Source of the DNA: Clostridia bacterium
Lineage (GTDB): Bacteria; Bacillota; Clostridia; Oscillospirales; Acutalibacteraceae
Direction of reading: 5' to 3'
DNA: 32,000 bases
Assembly (NCBI GenBank): GCA_017415025.1
Contig: JAFQJH010000010.1
Span: forward strand, 28,888-60,887
Under the pieces are notes generated by a model. It was not told where the DNA came from. It saw nothing but the letters and a program-made list of their open reading frames with translations, and ran no database searches. The translations under genes were made by a program, and so were the position numbers. Positions 1 to 7,906 of the stretch are shown in pieces (within the stretch, counting starts at the first letter, position 1; every line of letters starts with the position of its first letter).

Positions 1-873
1 GACGTTCCCGAAAAATATGCAGCTCTCTTCGGAGACTGCGTTCCCGTCGCAGACTACGGTATGCCCTCAACCTCGACACTCCGCAAGGCTGTTGAGACAG
101 CTTATGCAGAATACCCGAACAGCAAGGCTATTCTTATGAAGCAGCACGGTGCTGTTGTTACGGGCAACAGCTTTGAGCAGGCTTTCGAGGTTGTTTCCGA
201 GCTTGAAAACCTTTGCGAAGAGAAGATTCAGAAGGCTTACCTTCTTTATGAAGGTACACCCGAATATTCCTACAAGGGTATGCTTAACAGCTACATCAAG
301 GCTGTCGGCGCAGGCAAGATGCCCAAGCAGATTGCAGACTTCGGCGAAAGCTCAAGAATCGGCTCAAAGTTTGAGATTCATTATAAAAACGGTAAGAGCT
401 TCACCGTGGACATCAAAACTGCAAAGTCAGCAGAGGCTGAGGATGTTCCCGCAACAGCAATGGTTCACGCTGAAATCTATGCCAGAACGAATGCAGGCTT
501 TATCAAGCACCTTACTGCAAGTGAGATAGTTGCAGTAAGCGTTGCACAGCCGACTATCCTCCCCCGTCTTGACGACTTTGCACAGATTGCAGGAACAAAA
601 ATCAACTCCTTCAAGTGGGACGGCTCTCGCGCTTCGGCAAAAACGGCTGCAAAAGCTGTCAAGGGCAGTAACGCTGTTCTTATCAGCGGTTCAGGCGCAC
701 TTTGCACAGGAACAAAGGAAAGTGACCTTGATGCGGTTGAGCTTATTATGTCAAGAGAATGTCAGACTCATATCGGCTCGGTATTCTTCGGCGCAGGCGA
801 CGCCCTCAGCCCGATTGATGCAAAGATTATGAGAATCATTTATCAGACAAAGTACTCAAAGAAGGCTGAATAA
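1..873 (+). CDS. Class II aldolase/adducin-domain protein (tandem domains), 5'-truncated by the window edge
   Basis: Frame 1 is open from nt 1 (DVPEKYAALFGDCVPVADYG precedes the listed Met at 61). KQHGAVVTGNSFEQAFEVVSELENLCE matches the C-terminal helix region of class II aldolases. A second aldolase-like half follows (MVHAEIYARTNAGFIKHL...AVLISGSGALCTG). Stop TAA at 871-873. Confidence 0.55.
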   Translation, partial: DVPEKYAALFGDCVPVADYGMPSTSTLRKAVETAYAEYPNSKAILMKQHGAVVTGNSFEQAFEVVSELENLCEEKIQKAYLLYEGTPEYSYKGMLNSYIKAVGAGKMPKQIADFGESSRIGSKFEIHYKNGKSFTVDIKTAKSAEAEDVPATAMVHAEIYARTNAGFIKHLTASEIVAVSVAQPTILPRLDDFAQIAGTKINSFKWDGSRASAKTAAKAVKGSNAVLISGSGALCTGTKESDLDAVELIMSRECQTHIGSVFFGAGDALSPIDAKIMRIIYQTKYSKKAE

Positions 874-881
874 AAGTAAAT

Positions 882-917
882 CATAACCACCCGTTTGACG
901 GGTGGTTATGATTTATC
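882..917 (+). terminator. Rho-independent terminator candidate after the aldolase-like gene
   Basis: Perfect hairpin CATAACCACCCG-tttga-CGGGTGGTTATG (882-910) followed by ATTTATC. The T-tract is weak. Confidence 0.45.
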
Positions 918-1063
918 ATCGAATAAACAAAAATTACATATATAATTGTACCACTACATAAAAATCGTCTTAATTACATAAACACATTTAAGTTTCATCT
1001 TCAAATAATGTTTTCGATCAAAACTCGATTGAATATAGCATGCATATGAGGTGATTATATACT

Positions 1064-2308
1064 TTGAAAACATATAATACTATAAATAACATTTCTTGTG
1101 TTGACAATAAACATCAAAAATCAACTAGAAAGATAAGTGTAGTAGTTGTTACTGCTGATTTTGGAATGGGAGGAATATCTAAATCTTTAATAGAGTGGTT
1201 AAATTTAGTCGATTACAAAAAATATGATATTACTCTCTATATTCGAAGAAACGATACATTAGATTTGCTGTCCTTCGTAAACAACAATGTGAATATCGTA
1301 ACTGTTGACAGTGAACTAAAAAAACAAGTTTATGATGATTCTTTTGTTGGTAAAACGATAAAACTGATTTGTACGATTTTGCGAAAATTCAACAAAAAAT
1401 ACCTTGCCAAACAGATTTACAGATGGTATAAATATCCGCGACAAAGAGAAATTGAAGGAGAATACTTCAAAAAGAACAAACTGTCTTATGATACAGCTAT
1501 CGCTTATTCAACCGCTGATGATATACCGATTTTTGTCTTGGAGCAAATAAAAGCAAGTAGAAAATATCTCTTCATTCATCAAAGCACATCAATTTCAAAG
1601 CAAAACCAAAAATCTTTATCGCATTTTGATGGAGTAGTTGCAGTTTCAGATAATTTGTGTGAACAGTTAAAAAAAGAATTTCCCAATAAACAAATCAATT
1701 TTATTTCGTTGCCCAACTATGTTTCACATAGTCGGGTTACGAAACTGGCTAATGAAGTAACCGTGTATACTGATAAAAGCATTCTTAATTTAGCAACATG
1801 CGGCCGATTAGTGGAAGTAAAAGGCTATGACATTTTATTGGAAACAGCAGAAAAGCTTAAGAAAAAAGGCTTGAATTTTATTTGGAATTGGATCGGCGAC
1901 GGTTCGGAACGAAAAAAGTTGGAGGATGGAATCAAGTCAAAAAAATTAGAAAAAGAAGTGCACATTCTTGGAGAAAAAATCAATCCGTATCCTTACATTA
2001 AAAGTTGTGACATTTATGTTCAACCGTCAAAAGCAGAGGCCTCACCTTTAACCATTTTTGAAGCGCTTTCTCTCGGCAAAGTGGTAATATCTACAAAAAC
2101 TGTTGGTGGTAAATATATATTAACAAAATACAACTGCGGAAAACTTGTTGATTTTTCTTCAGATGAAATTGCAGAAAAAATTTTTGAATTAGCAACCAAT
2201 CCGAAGGTATCATTGACAGAACAGAAAAAAGTTAAAGATATTGATTGGTTGAAAGAGGAAAATGAATACCGCGACAATTGGGATAAGCTTCTTTCGGGTA
2301 AAATTTAA
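1064..2308 (+). CDS. GT-B fold glycosyltransferase (group 1 / GT4-like)
   Basis: 414-aa ORF with a TTG start 10 nt after GAGGTG (1048-1053). The C-terminal half has the GT4 signature region YVQPSKAEASPLTIFEALSLGKVVISTKTVGG (E-x7-E type). The gene is much more AT-rich than its neighbours. Confidence 0.7.
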   Translation: MKTYNTINNISCVDNKHQKSTRKISVVVVTADFGMGGISKSLIEWLNLVDYKKYDITLYIRRNDTLDLLSFVNNNVNIVTVDSELKKQVYDDSFVGKTIKLICTILRKFNKKYLAKQIYRWYKYPRQREIEGEYFKKNKLSYDTAIAYSTADDIPIFVLEQIKASRKYLFIHQSTSISKQNQKSLSHFDGVVAVSDNLCEQLKKEFPNKQINFISLPNYVSHSRVTKLANEVTVYTDKSILNLATCGRLVEVKGYDILLETAEKLKKKGLNFIWNWIGDGSERKKLEDGIKSKKLEKEVHILGEKINPYPYIKSCDIYVQPSKAEASPLTIFEALSLGKVVISTKTVGGKYILTKYNCGKLVDFSSDEIAEKIFELATNPKVSLTEQKKVKDIDWLKEENEYRDNWDKLLSGKI

Positions 2309-2339
2309 CCTCTAAAAAATTCTTTGTTTTTCTTTTATC

Positions 2340-2368
2340 TTTATTTATTTCCAAAAGTATGATATAAT
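2340..2368 (+). promoter_or_regulatory. Sigma-A promoter candidate with an extended -10
   Basis: TGaTATAAT at 2360-2368 with a weak -35 (TTTATT, 2340-2345) at 17-nt spacing. It lies ~32 nt upstream of the ATG at 2401, and the RBS AGAGGAG is at 2384-2390. Confidence 0.35.
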
Positions 2369-2400
2369 CGTTTTACCACAAAAAGAGGAGAAAATAAAAA

Positions 2401-2901
2401 ATGGCGGACACAATTTATAAGACAACAAGAAAGAAGCGCAATCTGACGCGCGACGAGGTTTGCGACGAGGCATCGCTACTGAACAATCCGATTCAGCCGG
2501 AACGACTTGAACGAATTGAAAACGGCAAATTCGGCATCACTCCCGACGAAGTTTTGCTTCTTTCAAAAATTTACCGAGAGCCCACACTCTGCAACCACTA
2601 CTGCTCAAAGGAATGTCCTATCGGCGAAAAATATGTTCCCGAGGTCGAGGTAAAAGACCTTTCGCAGATTATTCTTGAGATGCTGTTTTCACTCAACTCG
2701 ATGAAAAACAGTCAGGAAAGACTTATTGAAATCACATCAAACGGTCAGATAAATGACGATGAAATCAGAGATTTTGTTTCTATTCAGAGAAAGCTCGAAC
2801 AGCTTTCAATTACCATTGAGAGCCTTCAGCTCTGGGTTGAGCAGATGCTGGCGGATAAGAAAATCAATCTTGAAAAATATAATGAAATTATAAATGAATA
2901 A
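2401..2901 (+). CDS. XRE-family helix-turn-helix transcriptional regulator
   Basis: 166-aa ORF with a strong RBS. The N-terminal segment RKKRNLTRDEVCDEASLLNNPIQPERLERIENGKFGITPDEVLLLSKIY fits an HTH_3 layout. A Cys-rich segment (CNHYCSKECPIG) and a helical C-terminus follow. Confidence 0.6.
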   Translation: MADTIYKTTRKKRNLTRDEVCDEASLLNNPIQPERLERIENGKFGITPDEVLLLSKIYREPTLCNHYCSKECPIGEKYVPEVEVKDLSQIILEMLFSLNSMKNSQERLIEITSNGQINDDEIRDFVSIQRKLEQLSITIESLQLWVEQMLADKKINLEKYNEIINE

Positions 2902-2904
2902 GCA

Positions 2905-2942
2905 AAGGGCGCTGTGTCAAAAGCACAATGCCCTTATTTTTT
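2905..2942. terminator. Shared (bidirectional) terminator between convergent genes
   Basis: Stem AAGGGC(g)TGTG / CACA(t)GCCCTT (2905-2935) followed by ATTTTTT on the + strand. It sits between the stop of the + gene (2901) and the stop of the - gene (2941). Confidence 0.5.
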
Positions 2943-3147
2943 ATTCTTCCTTTTCAAAAATCAGGTCAAGCTCCTGTATGTGACCCGTGCCGCGCTGTCT
3001 TGTCGGGATGTAGCCGACATACCGCCATCCGTCGTTTGCGCGCTTTTCGATAATTGATTTATAATCGGCAATGCCGTAGGAATTTCCGTTAAACATTCCC
3101 CAGCCGTCCATTTCACAGCTAACCGATTCATATTCGTACTTGAACAT
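2941..3147 (-). CDS. DUF4177-like small protein
   Basis: MFKYEYESVSCEMDGWGMF...NDGWRYVGYIPTRQRGTGHIQELDLIFEKEE (68 aa). The ATG at 3147 is preceded by AAGGAG (reverse complement of 3155-3160). The longer ORF-track start at 3222 has no RBS and lies inside the upstream reading frame. Confidence 0.6.
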   Translation of the reverse strand: MFKYEYESVSCEMDGWGMFNGNSYGIADYKSIIEKRANDGWRYVGYIPTRQRGTGHIQELDLIFEKEE

Positions 3148-3151
3148 ACAA

Positions 3152-3547
3152 TCACTCCTTAATACCGATAGCAAAGTCTGCCGTAGGGGCAGCATCACCG
3201 TGTGTGTAAAATGAATAAACATCGTTTTCGATATAGTTGTCTGCCCACTTGAAATTAAAGCTGTCCGAAAGCCCGGGAATTGACTTTGACACGCTGAGCA
3301 TCAGCTTATTACCCTCGTATCAGATTGACGCTTCACCGATTTTTTCAAACTTTCCGTCTGCACTTTTTTCAACGGCAGTTTTTCCGTTTTCGGGTGCAGT
3401 GCGGTTTACAACTATATTTTCGTTGATGAAAAGTGACATCCAGCAGCCACCGTCATCGGAAGTCAGGGGCTGTGCCGTATCGACATAAAAAACAGTATGA
3501 ATGCTGTAATTCTCCGAACCGGAAACAGTTCAAATCCACCCATTCAT
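3152..3547 (-). pseudogene. 132-codon reading frame (131 aa plus stop) with two in-frame TGA codons; hypothetical protein, probably a pseudogene
   Basis: GGAGGAGAT-ATG gives a strong RBS, with the ATG at 3547. The single frame reads MNGWI*TVSGSENYSIHTVFYVDTAQPLTSDDGGCWMSLFINENIVVNRTAPENGKTAVEKSADGKFEKIGEASI*YEGNKLMLSVSKSIPGLSDSFNFKWADNYIENDVYSFYTHGDAAPTADFAIGIKE*. The internal TGAs are at 3530-3532 and 3320-3322. The terminal TGA (3152-3154) overlaps the RBS of the DUF4177 gene. Confidence 0.5.
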
Positions 3548-3563
3548 ATCTCCTCCGATCAGA

Positions 3564-4106
3564 TTATTTTATAACCTTAATCCTGTCCTCAAATCTCGGC
3601 TTCATTTCGGGTTTTTCGTCGGGATAGCCGACCGCGATTGCGATAAGGAATTTGTACTCCTCGGGGATATCCCACGCACGCTTCCACTTGTCACCCTGCT
3701 CATTTCCGTCGGCAAAGAGTGCTCCCACGCTCGCGATGATACAAGTGCCGAGTCCCATACCCTCTGCGGCAATGCAGATGTTTTCGCACATAATTCCGCC
3801 GTCCATATAGCTCTCGCCTTCGGCAAAAAGCACGATAAATGTCGGCGCGTTGTGGTAAACGGGATTTGTATCCCAACGGGTGTAGGCAGGGGTGTCATAG
3901 CCGACAAGCTCCTTGAAATCCGTGTTCATTTCCTTGAGCATTTCCGCATTCTGAACAAAACGCACGTGGCACGGCTGTCCGTTTCTTCCGCTCGGTGCGC
4001 GAAGAGCCGCCTGCTTGAGTGCTTCGAGCTGTTCATCCGAAATCTGCTCGGGCTTGTATTCGCGGATTGTCTGTCTTTTTAAAATTGTTTTCATTACCTC
4101 GTTCAT
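3564..4106 (-). CDS. Nitroreductase family protein
   Basis: ILKRQTIREYKPEQISDEQLEALKQAALRAPSGRNGQP is a typical nitroreductase N-terminus. The ATG at 4106 lies 7 nt after GAGGTG. An alternative GTG at 4115 overlaps the upstream stop (GTGA). Confidence 0.8.
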   Translation of the reverse strand: MNEVMKTILKRQTIREYKPEQISDEQLEALKQAALRAPSGRNGQPCHVRFVQNAEMLKEMNTDFKELVGYDTPAYTRWDTNPVYHNAPTFIVLFAEGESYMDGGIMCENICIAAEGMGLGTCIIASVGALFADGNEQGDKWKRAWDIPEEYKFLIAIAVGYPDEKPEMKPRFEDRIKVIK

Positions 4107-4111
4107 TGTTT

Positions 4112-5362
4112 TCACCTCAAAGAATCTTTTGTTATTATGTGTCTGAGAATCTTGTTATAAACTGTGAATATCACACCGTACAAAACTCCGAATTCAACCA
4201 ATCCCTTTAAATGCTCAATCACAAAATCAGGACTTACGAATTTATAAACAAGTATGTTTAACAGAATATAAGGAACAAGCACCGCTGAAATTTTTGCAAC
4301 AAACGGCCCAGCCGCAGATGGATTGCACGGTGACCAATAGGAAAAAGCATTTTTAAGCGGCGCGGTCTTCATTTGCTTACAGCAATCCTTATAGTTGAGC
4401 GAATATGTCTTGTAATTCTTCACATCGTTCTCGTCAAATTCAAAAACACGGAAGGCTCTGTGCTTTGTGCCGTAGGAGTTGTAGCCCGTACCGGGACAAT
4501 AGCCGAGGTCAATTCCGTCCACCTTGCCTGCAAAGGAATTGTAGTGGTCGTGTCCGAAATACATCGCAAAAACGTCGCCCTGCGCCTTCATAGCATCAAA
4601 CTGCTTTGTACCGAGTGTCATTGACGGTGTTTCGCCATAAGTATAGTTGTGGAAAAGCTTTTCCTCATCAAGAATCCAATATCTCGGGTTGCCTTTGACA
4701 AAGTCGCACTCCGCACCCTTTGTCCCCTTCGAAACCTCCTTGAAAAGTCCCATAATATTGCTGACGGGAATGTGCTGAAACACCATTGACGGTACAAGCT
4801 CTCCGCCGTTTTCCGCCTTGAGCTTCTCACCCACAGCCCTGTACCATTCAAGCTGTTTGTCGTTCACGCCCTCGTAACCGACACCCTTTGTTTTTGAATG
4901 AGTATCCATCACGAAAAAGTTGAGCGCAACCCTTTCGCCGTCAGTTGAAAGTACGGGAACATTGAATGTGCCGACGTCGGGTCTTCCGTCGTTCAGATCA
5001 TCAAAGCAGATGCAATTCTTCAAAGTCCTGTAAATTTCAACCTGCTTCTCGTTTGAAACGCCCGTCTCGCGGTCGTGATTGCCGAAGGTGAGGACATAAG
5101 GAATATTGTGCTTTTCGATAACGCTGAAAAGTCTGCGGATAGCAATTTCGACATTCTTTTCCGCCTTTTCACCCTTACCCCACAGTCCGACAACATCAAG
5201 CTGATCACCCGTCAGAATTATGAAATCGGGCTTGACCTTCGCAATAGCGTCGTCAACAAAGTGAAGCGTGTCAACGCTCGTATTTTTAGTGTCCTGCAAA
5301 TCCGAAATCTGCATAACCTTCAATTTTCCGTTTTTGAACTTAATTTTATTTTCAAGACTCAT
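4112..5362 (-). CDS. Calcineurin-like metallophosphoesterase with a C-terminal membrane anchor
   Basis: Motifs ILTGDQ, TFGNHD, FQHIP and YFGHDHYN are present. Two hydrophobic helices sit at the C-terminus (ISAVLVPYILLNILVY, FGVLYGVIFTVY). The ATG at 5362 is preceded by AGGTGA. The ORF-track start at 5389 lacks an RBS. Confidence 0.75.
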   Translation of the reverse strand: MSLENKIKFKNGKLKVMQISDLQDTKNTSVDTLHFVDDAIAKVKPDFIILTGDQLDVVGLWGKGEKAEKNVEIAIRRLFSVIEKHNIPYVLTFGNHDRETGVSNEKQVEIYRTLKNCICFDDLNDGRPDVGTFNVPVLSTDGERVALNFFVMDTHSKTKGVGYEGVNDKQLEWYRAVGEKLKAENGGELVPSMVFQHIPVSNIMGLFKEVSKGTKGAECDFVKGNPRYWILDEEKLFHNYTYGETPSMTLGTKQFDAMKAQGDVFAMYFGHDHYNSFAGKVDGIDLGYCPGTGYNSYGTKHRAFRVFEFDENDVKNYKTYSLNYKDCCKQMKTAPLKNAFSYWSPCNPSAAGPFVAKISAVLVPYILLNILVYKFVSPDFVIEHLKGLVEFGVLYGVIFTVYNKILRHIITKDSLR

Positions 5363-5504
5363 TGGTATCACCTGTAACAAGTTTATCACAGTTCAAACTC
5401 AAAAGCAACATAAAACCCCGTCATTGCACCACGGGAGGTATATTTCTTCGTCATTTCGCCAAAAATATATTTTAAAAAAGTGTTACTTTTTACCATAAAA
5501 AATA

Positions 5505-5533
5505 TTGATATTCAAAAATTGATGTGATATAAT
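5505..5533 (+). promoter_or_regulatory. Sigma-A promoter of the guaA-like gene
   Basis: TTGATA (5505-5510), a 17-nt spacer, then TGaTATAAT (TATAAT at 5528-5533). It lies 65 nt upstream of the ATG at 5599, and an AGGAGG RBS is present. Confidence 0.55.
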
Positions 5534-5598
5534 TTTCTACATTAAAAAATCAGAATCGAGATTTCTCGAGGAACTATACATCTTAGGAGGTCAGTATT

Positions 5599-6600
5599 AT
5601 GGATCAGAACAAAAGACCCGAATCTATGCAGAGAATCACCACTCCCGAGCTTGCAGAGGCTTTCATCGCCGAACAGGTAAAGGCTGTTCAGGAGCAGGTT
5701 GGTGACAAAAAAGTTCTCCTTGCGCTTTCAGGCGGCGTTGACTCATCAGTTGTTGCGGCATTGCTCATCAAGGCTATCGGCAAGCAGCTTGTTTGTGTTC
5801 ACGTTAACCACGGACTTATGCGTAAGGGCGAGAGCGAAAACGTTATTGAGGTATTCAAAAATCAGCTTGACGCAAACCTTATTTACGTTGACGCGACAGA
5901 CCGTTTCCTTGACCTTCTTGCAGGTGTAAGCGACCCCGAATCAAAGCGTAAGATTATCGGCGCAGAATTCATTAAGGTTTTCGACGAAGAATCAGCAAAG
6001 CTTGACGGAATTTCATTCCTTGCACAGGGCACAATTTATCCCGACATTCTCGAGAGCATCAAGCAGGCAGAGGGCAAGAAGGCTGTTAAGTCTCACCACA
6101 ACGTCGGCGGACTTCCCGAGGAAATGGAAATGCAGCTTGTTGAGCCGATTAAGCTCCTCTTTAAGGACGAGGTTCGTGTCGTTGGTGAAGCACTCGGACT
6201 TCCCCACGCTATGGTTTACCGTCAGCCGTTCCCGGGCCCGGGACTTGGCGTAAGATGTCTCGGCGCAATCACACGCGACAGACTTCACGCTCTGCGCGAG
6301 GCAGATGCAATCCTCCGCGAGGAATTTGACCTCAACGGTCTTGCAGAGAAGGTATGGCAGTATTTCATCGCAGTGCCTGATGTAAAGAGCGTAGGCGTTA
6401 AGGACGAAAGCCGTTATGAGGGCTGGCCCGCAATCATCCGCGCAGTCAACACAAAGGATGCAATGACAGCAACAATCGAGGAAATCCCCTACCCTGTTCT
6501 TCATAAGATTACAGCAAGAATCACAAGCGAAGTTGAAGGCATCAACCGCGTTCTCTTCGACCTCACCCCGAAGCCGACAGGCACGATAGAGTGGGAGTGA
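5599..6600 (+). CDS. guaA: GMP synthase, ATP-pyrophosphatase/dimerisation part only (no glutamine amidotransferase domain)
   Basis: SGGVDSS PP-loop (LLALSGGVDSSVVAALL). Also present are KRKIIGAEFIKVFDEE, QGTIYPDILES, SHHNVGGLP, VEPIKLLFKDEVR, RQPFPGPGLGVR and the C-terminal IEWE. It is collinear with the C-terminal ~320 aa of E. coli GuaA as I recall it. Confidence 0.9.
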   Translation: MDQNKRPESMQRITTPELAEAFIAEQVKAVQEQVGDKKVLLALSGGVDSSVVAALLIKAIGKQLVCVHVNHGLMRKGESENVIEVFKNQLDANLIYVDATDRFLDLLAGVSDPESKRKIIGAEFIKVFDEESAKLDGISFLAQGTIYPDILESIKQAEGKKAVKSHHNVGGLPEEMEMQLVEPIKLLFKDEVRVVGEALGLPHAMVYRQPFPGPGLGVRCLGAITRDRLHALREADAILREEFDLNGLAEKVWQYFIAVPDVKSVGVKDESRYEGWPAIIRAVNTKDAMTATIEEIPYPVLHKITARITSEVEGINRVLFDLTPKPTGTIEWE

Positions 6601-6616
6601 GTTTTGTACAACAAAG

Positions 6617-6674
6617 CTCTGAAATCATAACAAACAACCACCCGAAGCCGCGAGGTTTCGGGTGGTTTTGGTTT
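6617..6674. repeat. Left copy of the 58-bp direct repeat (includes the guaA terminator)
   Basis: CTCTGAaATCATAACAAACAACCACCCGAAGCCGCGAGgTTTCGGGtGGTTTTGGTTT. It is 55/58 identical to 30763-30820 at an offset of 30746. Mismatches are at 6623, 6655 and 6663. Confidence 0.85.
6636..6674 (+). terminator. Rho-independent terminator of guaA
   Basis: Perfect 11-bp stem AACCACCCGAA / TTCGGGTGGTT with a 10-nt loop, followed by TTGGTTT. Confidence 0.7.
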
Positions 6675-6746
6675 GGGTGGGATTTATATATGTTTGCGAA
6701 AAGCACAAAATTGACCAATGTTCAACCACTATTGCACTTTTTATAT

Positions 6747-7445
6747 TTAAAATATATCATTATATTTTTTAAAAATTTCGACTGTCTCCTCAACAAAAAA
6801 TTTCATAGGCACTTTAATTGCAATATCCGAAATATCACCAATTTTTAATACCGTCGGCTCTAAACTAACCGGATTTTCGTGAAATACAAATCTAAATTCT
6901 TGTTGCCATTCGAAATCTGTTGTTTTGTTGAATGGACTCAACAGTTTTGTTTGCTCATCATTTTCATAGTATTCAACAAAACCACGCTTCACACGAACGA
7001 TGTTTGTTTCTTGTTTGTCTAATGCTTTCTTTATTTTTGTTTCAAACGCCTCGATATCATATATTATTATTGCTTCATTGGCATTAAAGGTGTGTATTTT
7101 GGGGGATGGCGGTAAAATTGCCATTTTTTCTTTATCATACAAGAAAACATATAGGCAAAGTAATTTTGTGAATTTCAAATCTTCAGAAAGTAAATGAACA
7201 TTGCCAATTAGATTATTTTTTATTTCCTCTCCAAAATCTAATCCAAAATCTGCCCAATCATCAACATTAACACTTGCAACAGAACCTTCTAAAAAATCAT
7301 TTATTGCAGAGTTGCGTTCACCTATATTACCTTTAATAATTTCTTCTACACCTCTATAATATTCCAAAGGGTTAAGATAAAGATTGCCTTTCAAGAAATC
7401 ATCACCATGATTGGTGAATTTTATTAACTTGTGCTTCAAACTCAT
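6747..7445 (-). CDS. Hypothetical protein (232 aa), last gene of the minus-strand R-M operon
   Basis: ORF with RBS GAAGGTGA 4 nt before the ATG at 7445. I recognise no motif. It has an acidic central region and an FEWQQEFRF segment near the C-terminus. Confidence 0.5.
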   Translation of the reverse strand: MSLKHKLIKFTNHGDDFLKGNLYLNPLEYYRGVEEIIKGNIGERNSAINDFLEGSVASVNVDDWADFGLDFGEEIKNNLIGNVHLLSEDLKFTKLLCLYVFLYDKEKMAILPPSPKIHTFNANEAIIIYDIEAFETKIKKALDKQETNIVRVKRGFVEYYENDEQTKLLSPFNKTTDFEWQQEFRFVFHENPVSLEPTVLKIGDISDIAIKVPMKFFVEETVEIFKKYNDIF

Positions 7446-7486
7446 TATTTCACCTTCTTATGTGTTTTTAGTGTCGCACTTGGCAA

Positions 7487-7882
7487 TTATTGTTTTTTGC
7501 TTGCTTTCAAATATACTTGTGGGAATGTTTTATCCCGAATGTTCAGATCTTTTCTTATTTCAATAATAAGAGCTGTTAAATATTTATCATGCTCATTACT
7601 ATTTTTTCCTACAGCCGTTTCTTCATATTCTAACATTGCCCTAACAACTTTTTCGCTAGCAACTATAAACATTTTGTCGCGATGTAAAGTATATTCTTTT
7701 AACGCCTTTATATTTTTATTGTCTTCAGCAAGATTATGTACCGCCTCAAGATAACGCACATAATGTTCTTCCTTCATTTTTCTAGTTTGCATCTGCAAAT
7801 TATTCACATTAAGAAAAATTGCACCGAAAATTGCAACACATATAGAAAACAATCCCGCTACTATCGCTACTGCAATCTCCAT
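7487..7882 (-). CDS. Hypothetical small protein with an N-terminal transmembrane helix
   Basis: GAGGAGG lies 8 nt before the ATG at 7882. MEIAVAIVAGLFSICVAIFGAIFL is a clear TM segment, followed by a helical soluble part. Confidence 0.5.
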   Translation of the reverse strand: MEIAVAIVAGLFSICVAIFGAIFLNVNNLQMQTRKMKEEHYVRYLEAVHNLAEDNKNIKALKEYTLHRDKMFIVASEKVVRAMLEYEETAVGKNSNEHDKYLTALIIEIRKDLNIRDKTFPQVYLKASKKQ

Positions 7883-7906
7883 TCATAAAACCTCCTCATC
7901 TAATAT

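Noticed and set aside
3148-3222. Upstream extension of the DUF4177 ORF (track start at 3222)
   Set aside because: There is no RBS. The extension lies within the 3' end of the upstream (TGA-interrupted) frame. The ATG at 3147 has a perfect AAGGAG RBS and gives the typical ~68-aa DUF4177 size.
3320-3532. TGA recoding (genetic code 4/25) or selenocysteine as an explanation for the two in-frame TGAs
   Set aside because: TGA is clearly used as a stop in neighbouring well-supported genes, for example guaA (...IEWE-TGA at 6598-6600) and the metallophosphoesterase (4112-4114). TGG is used for Trp throughout. Neither TGA sits in a Cys-containing redox motif, and I see no obvious SECIS-like hairpin immediately downstream.
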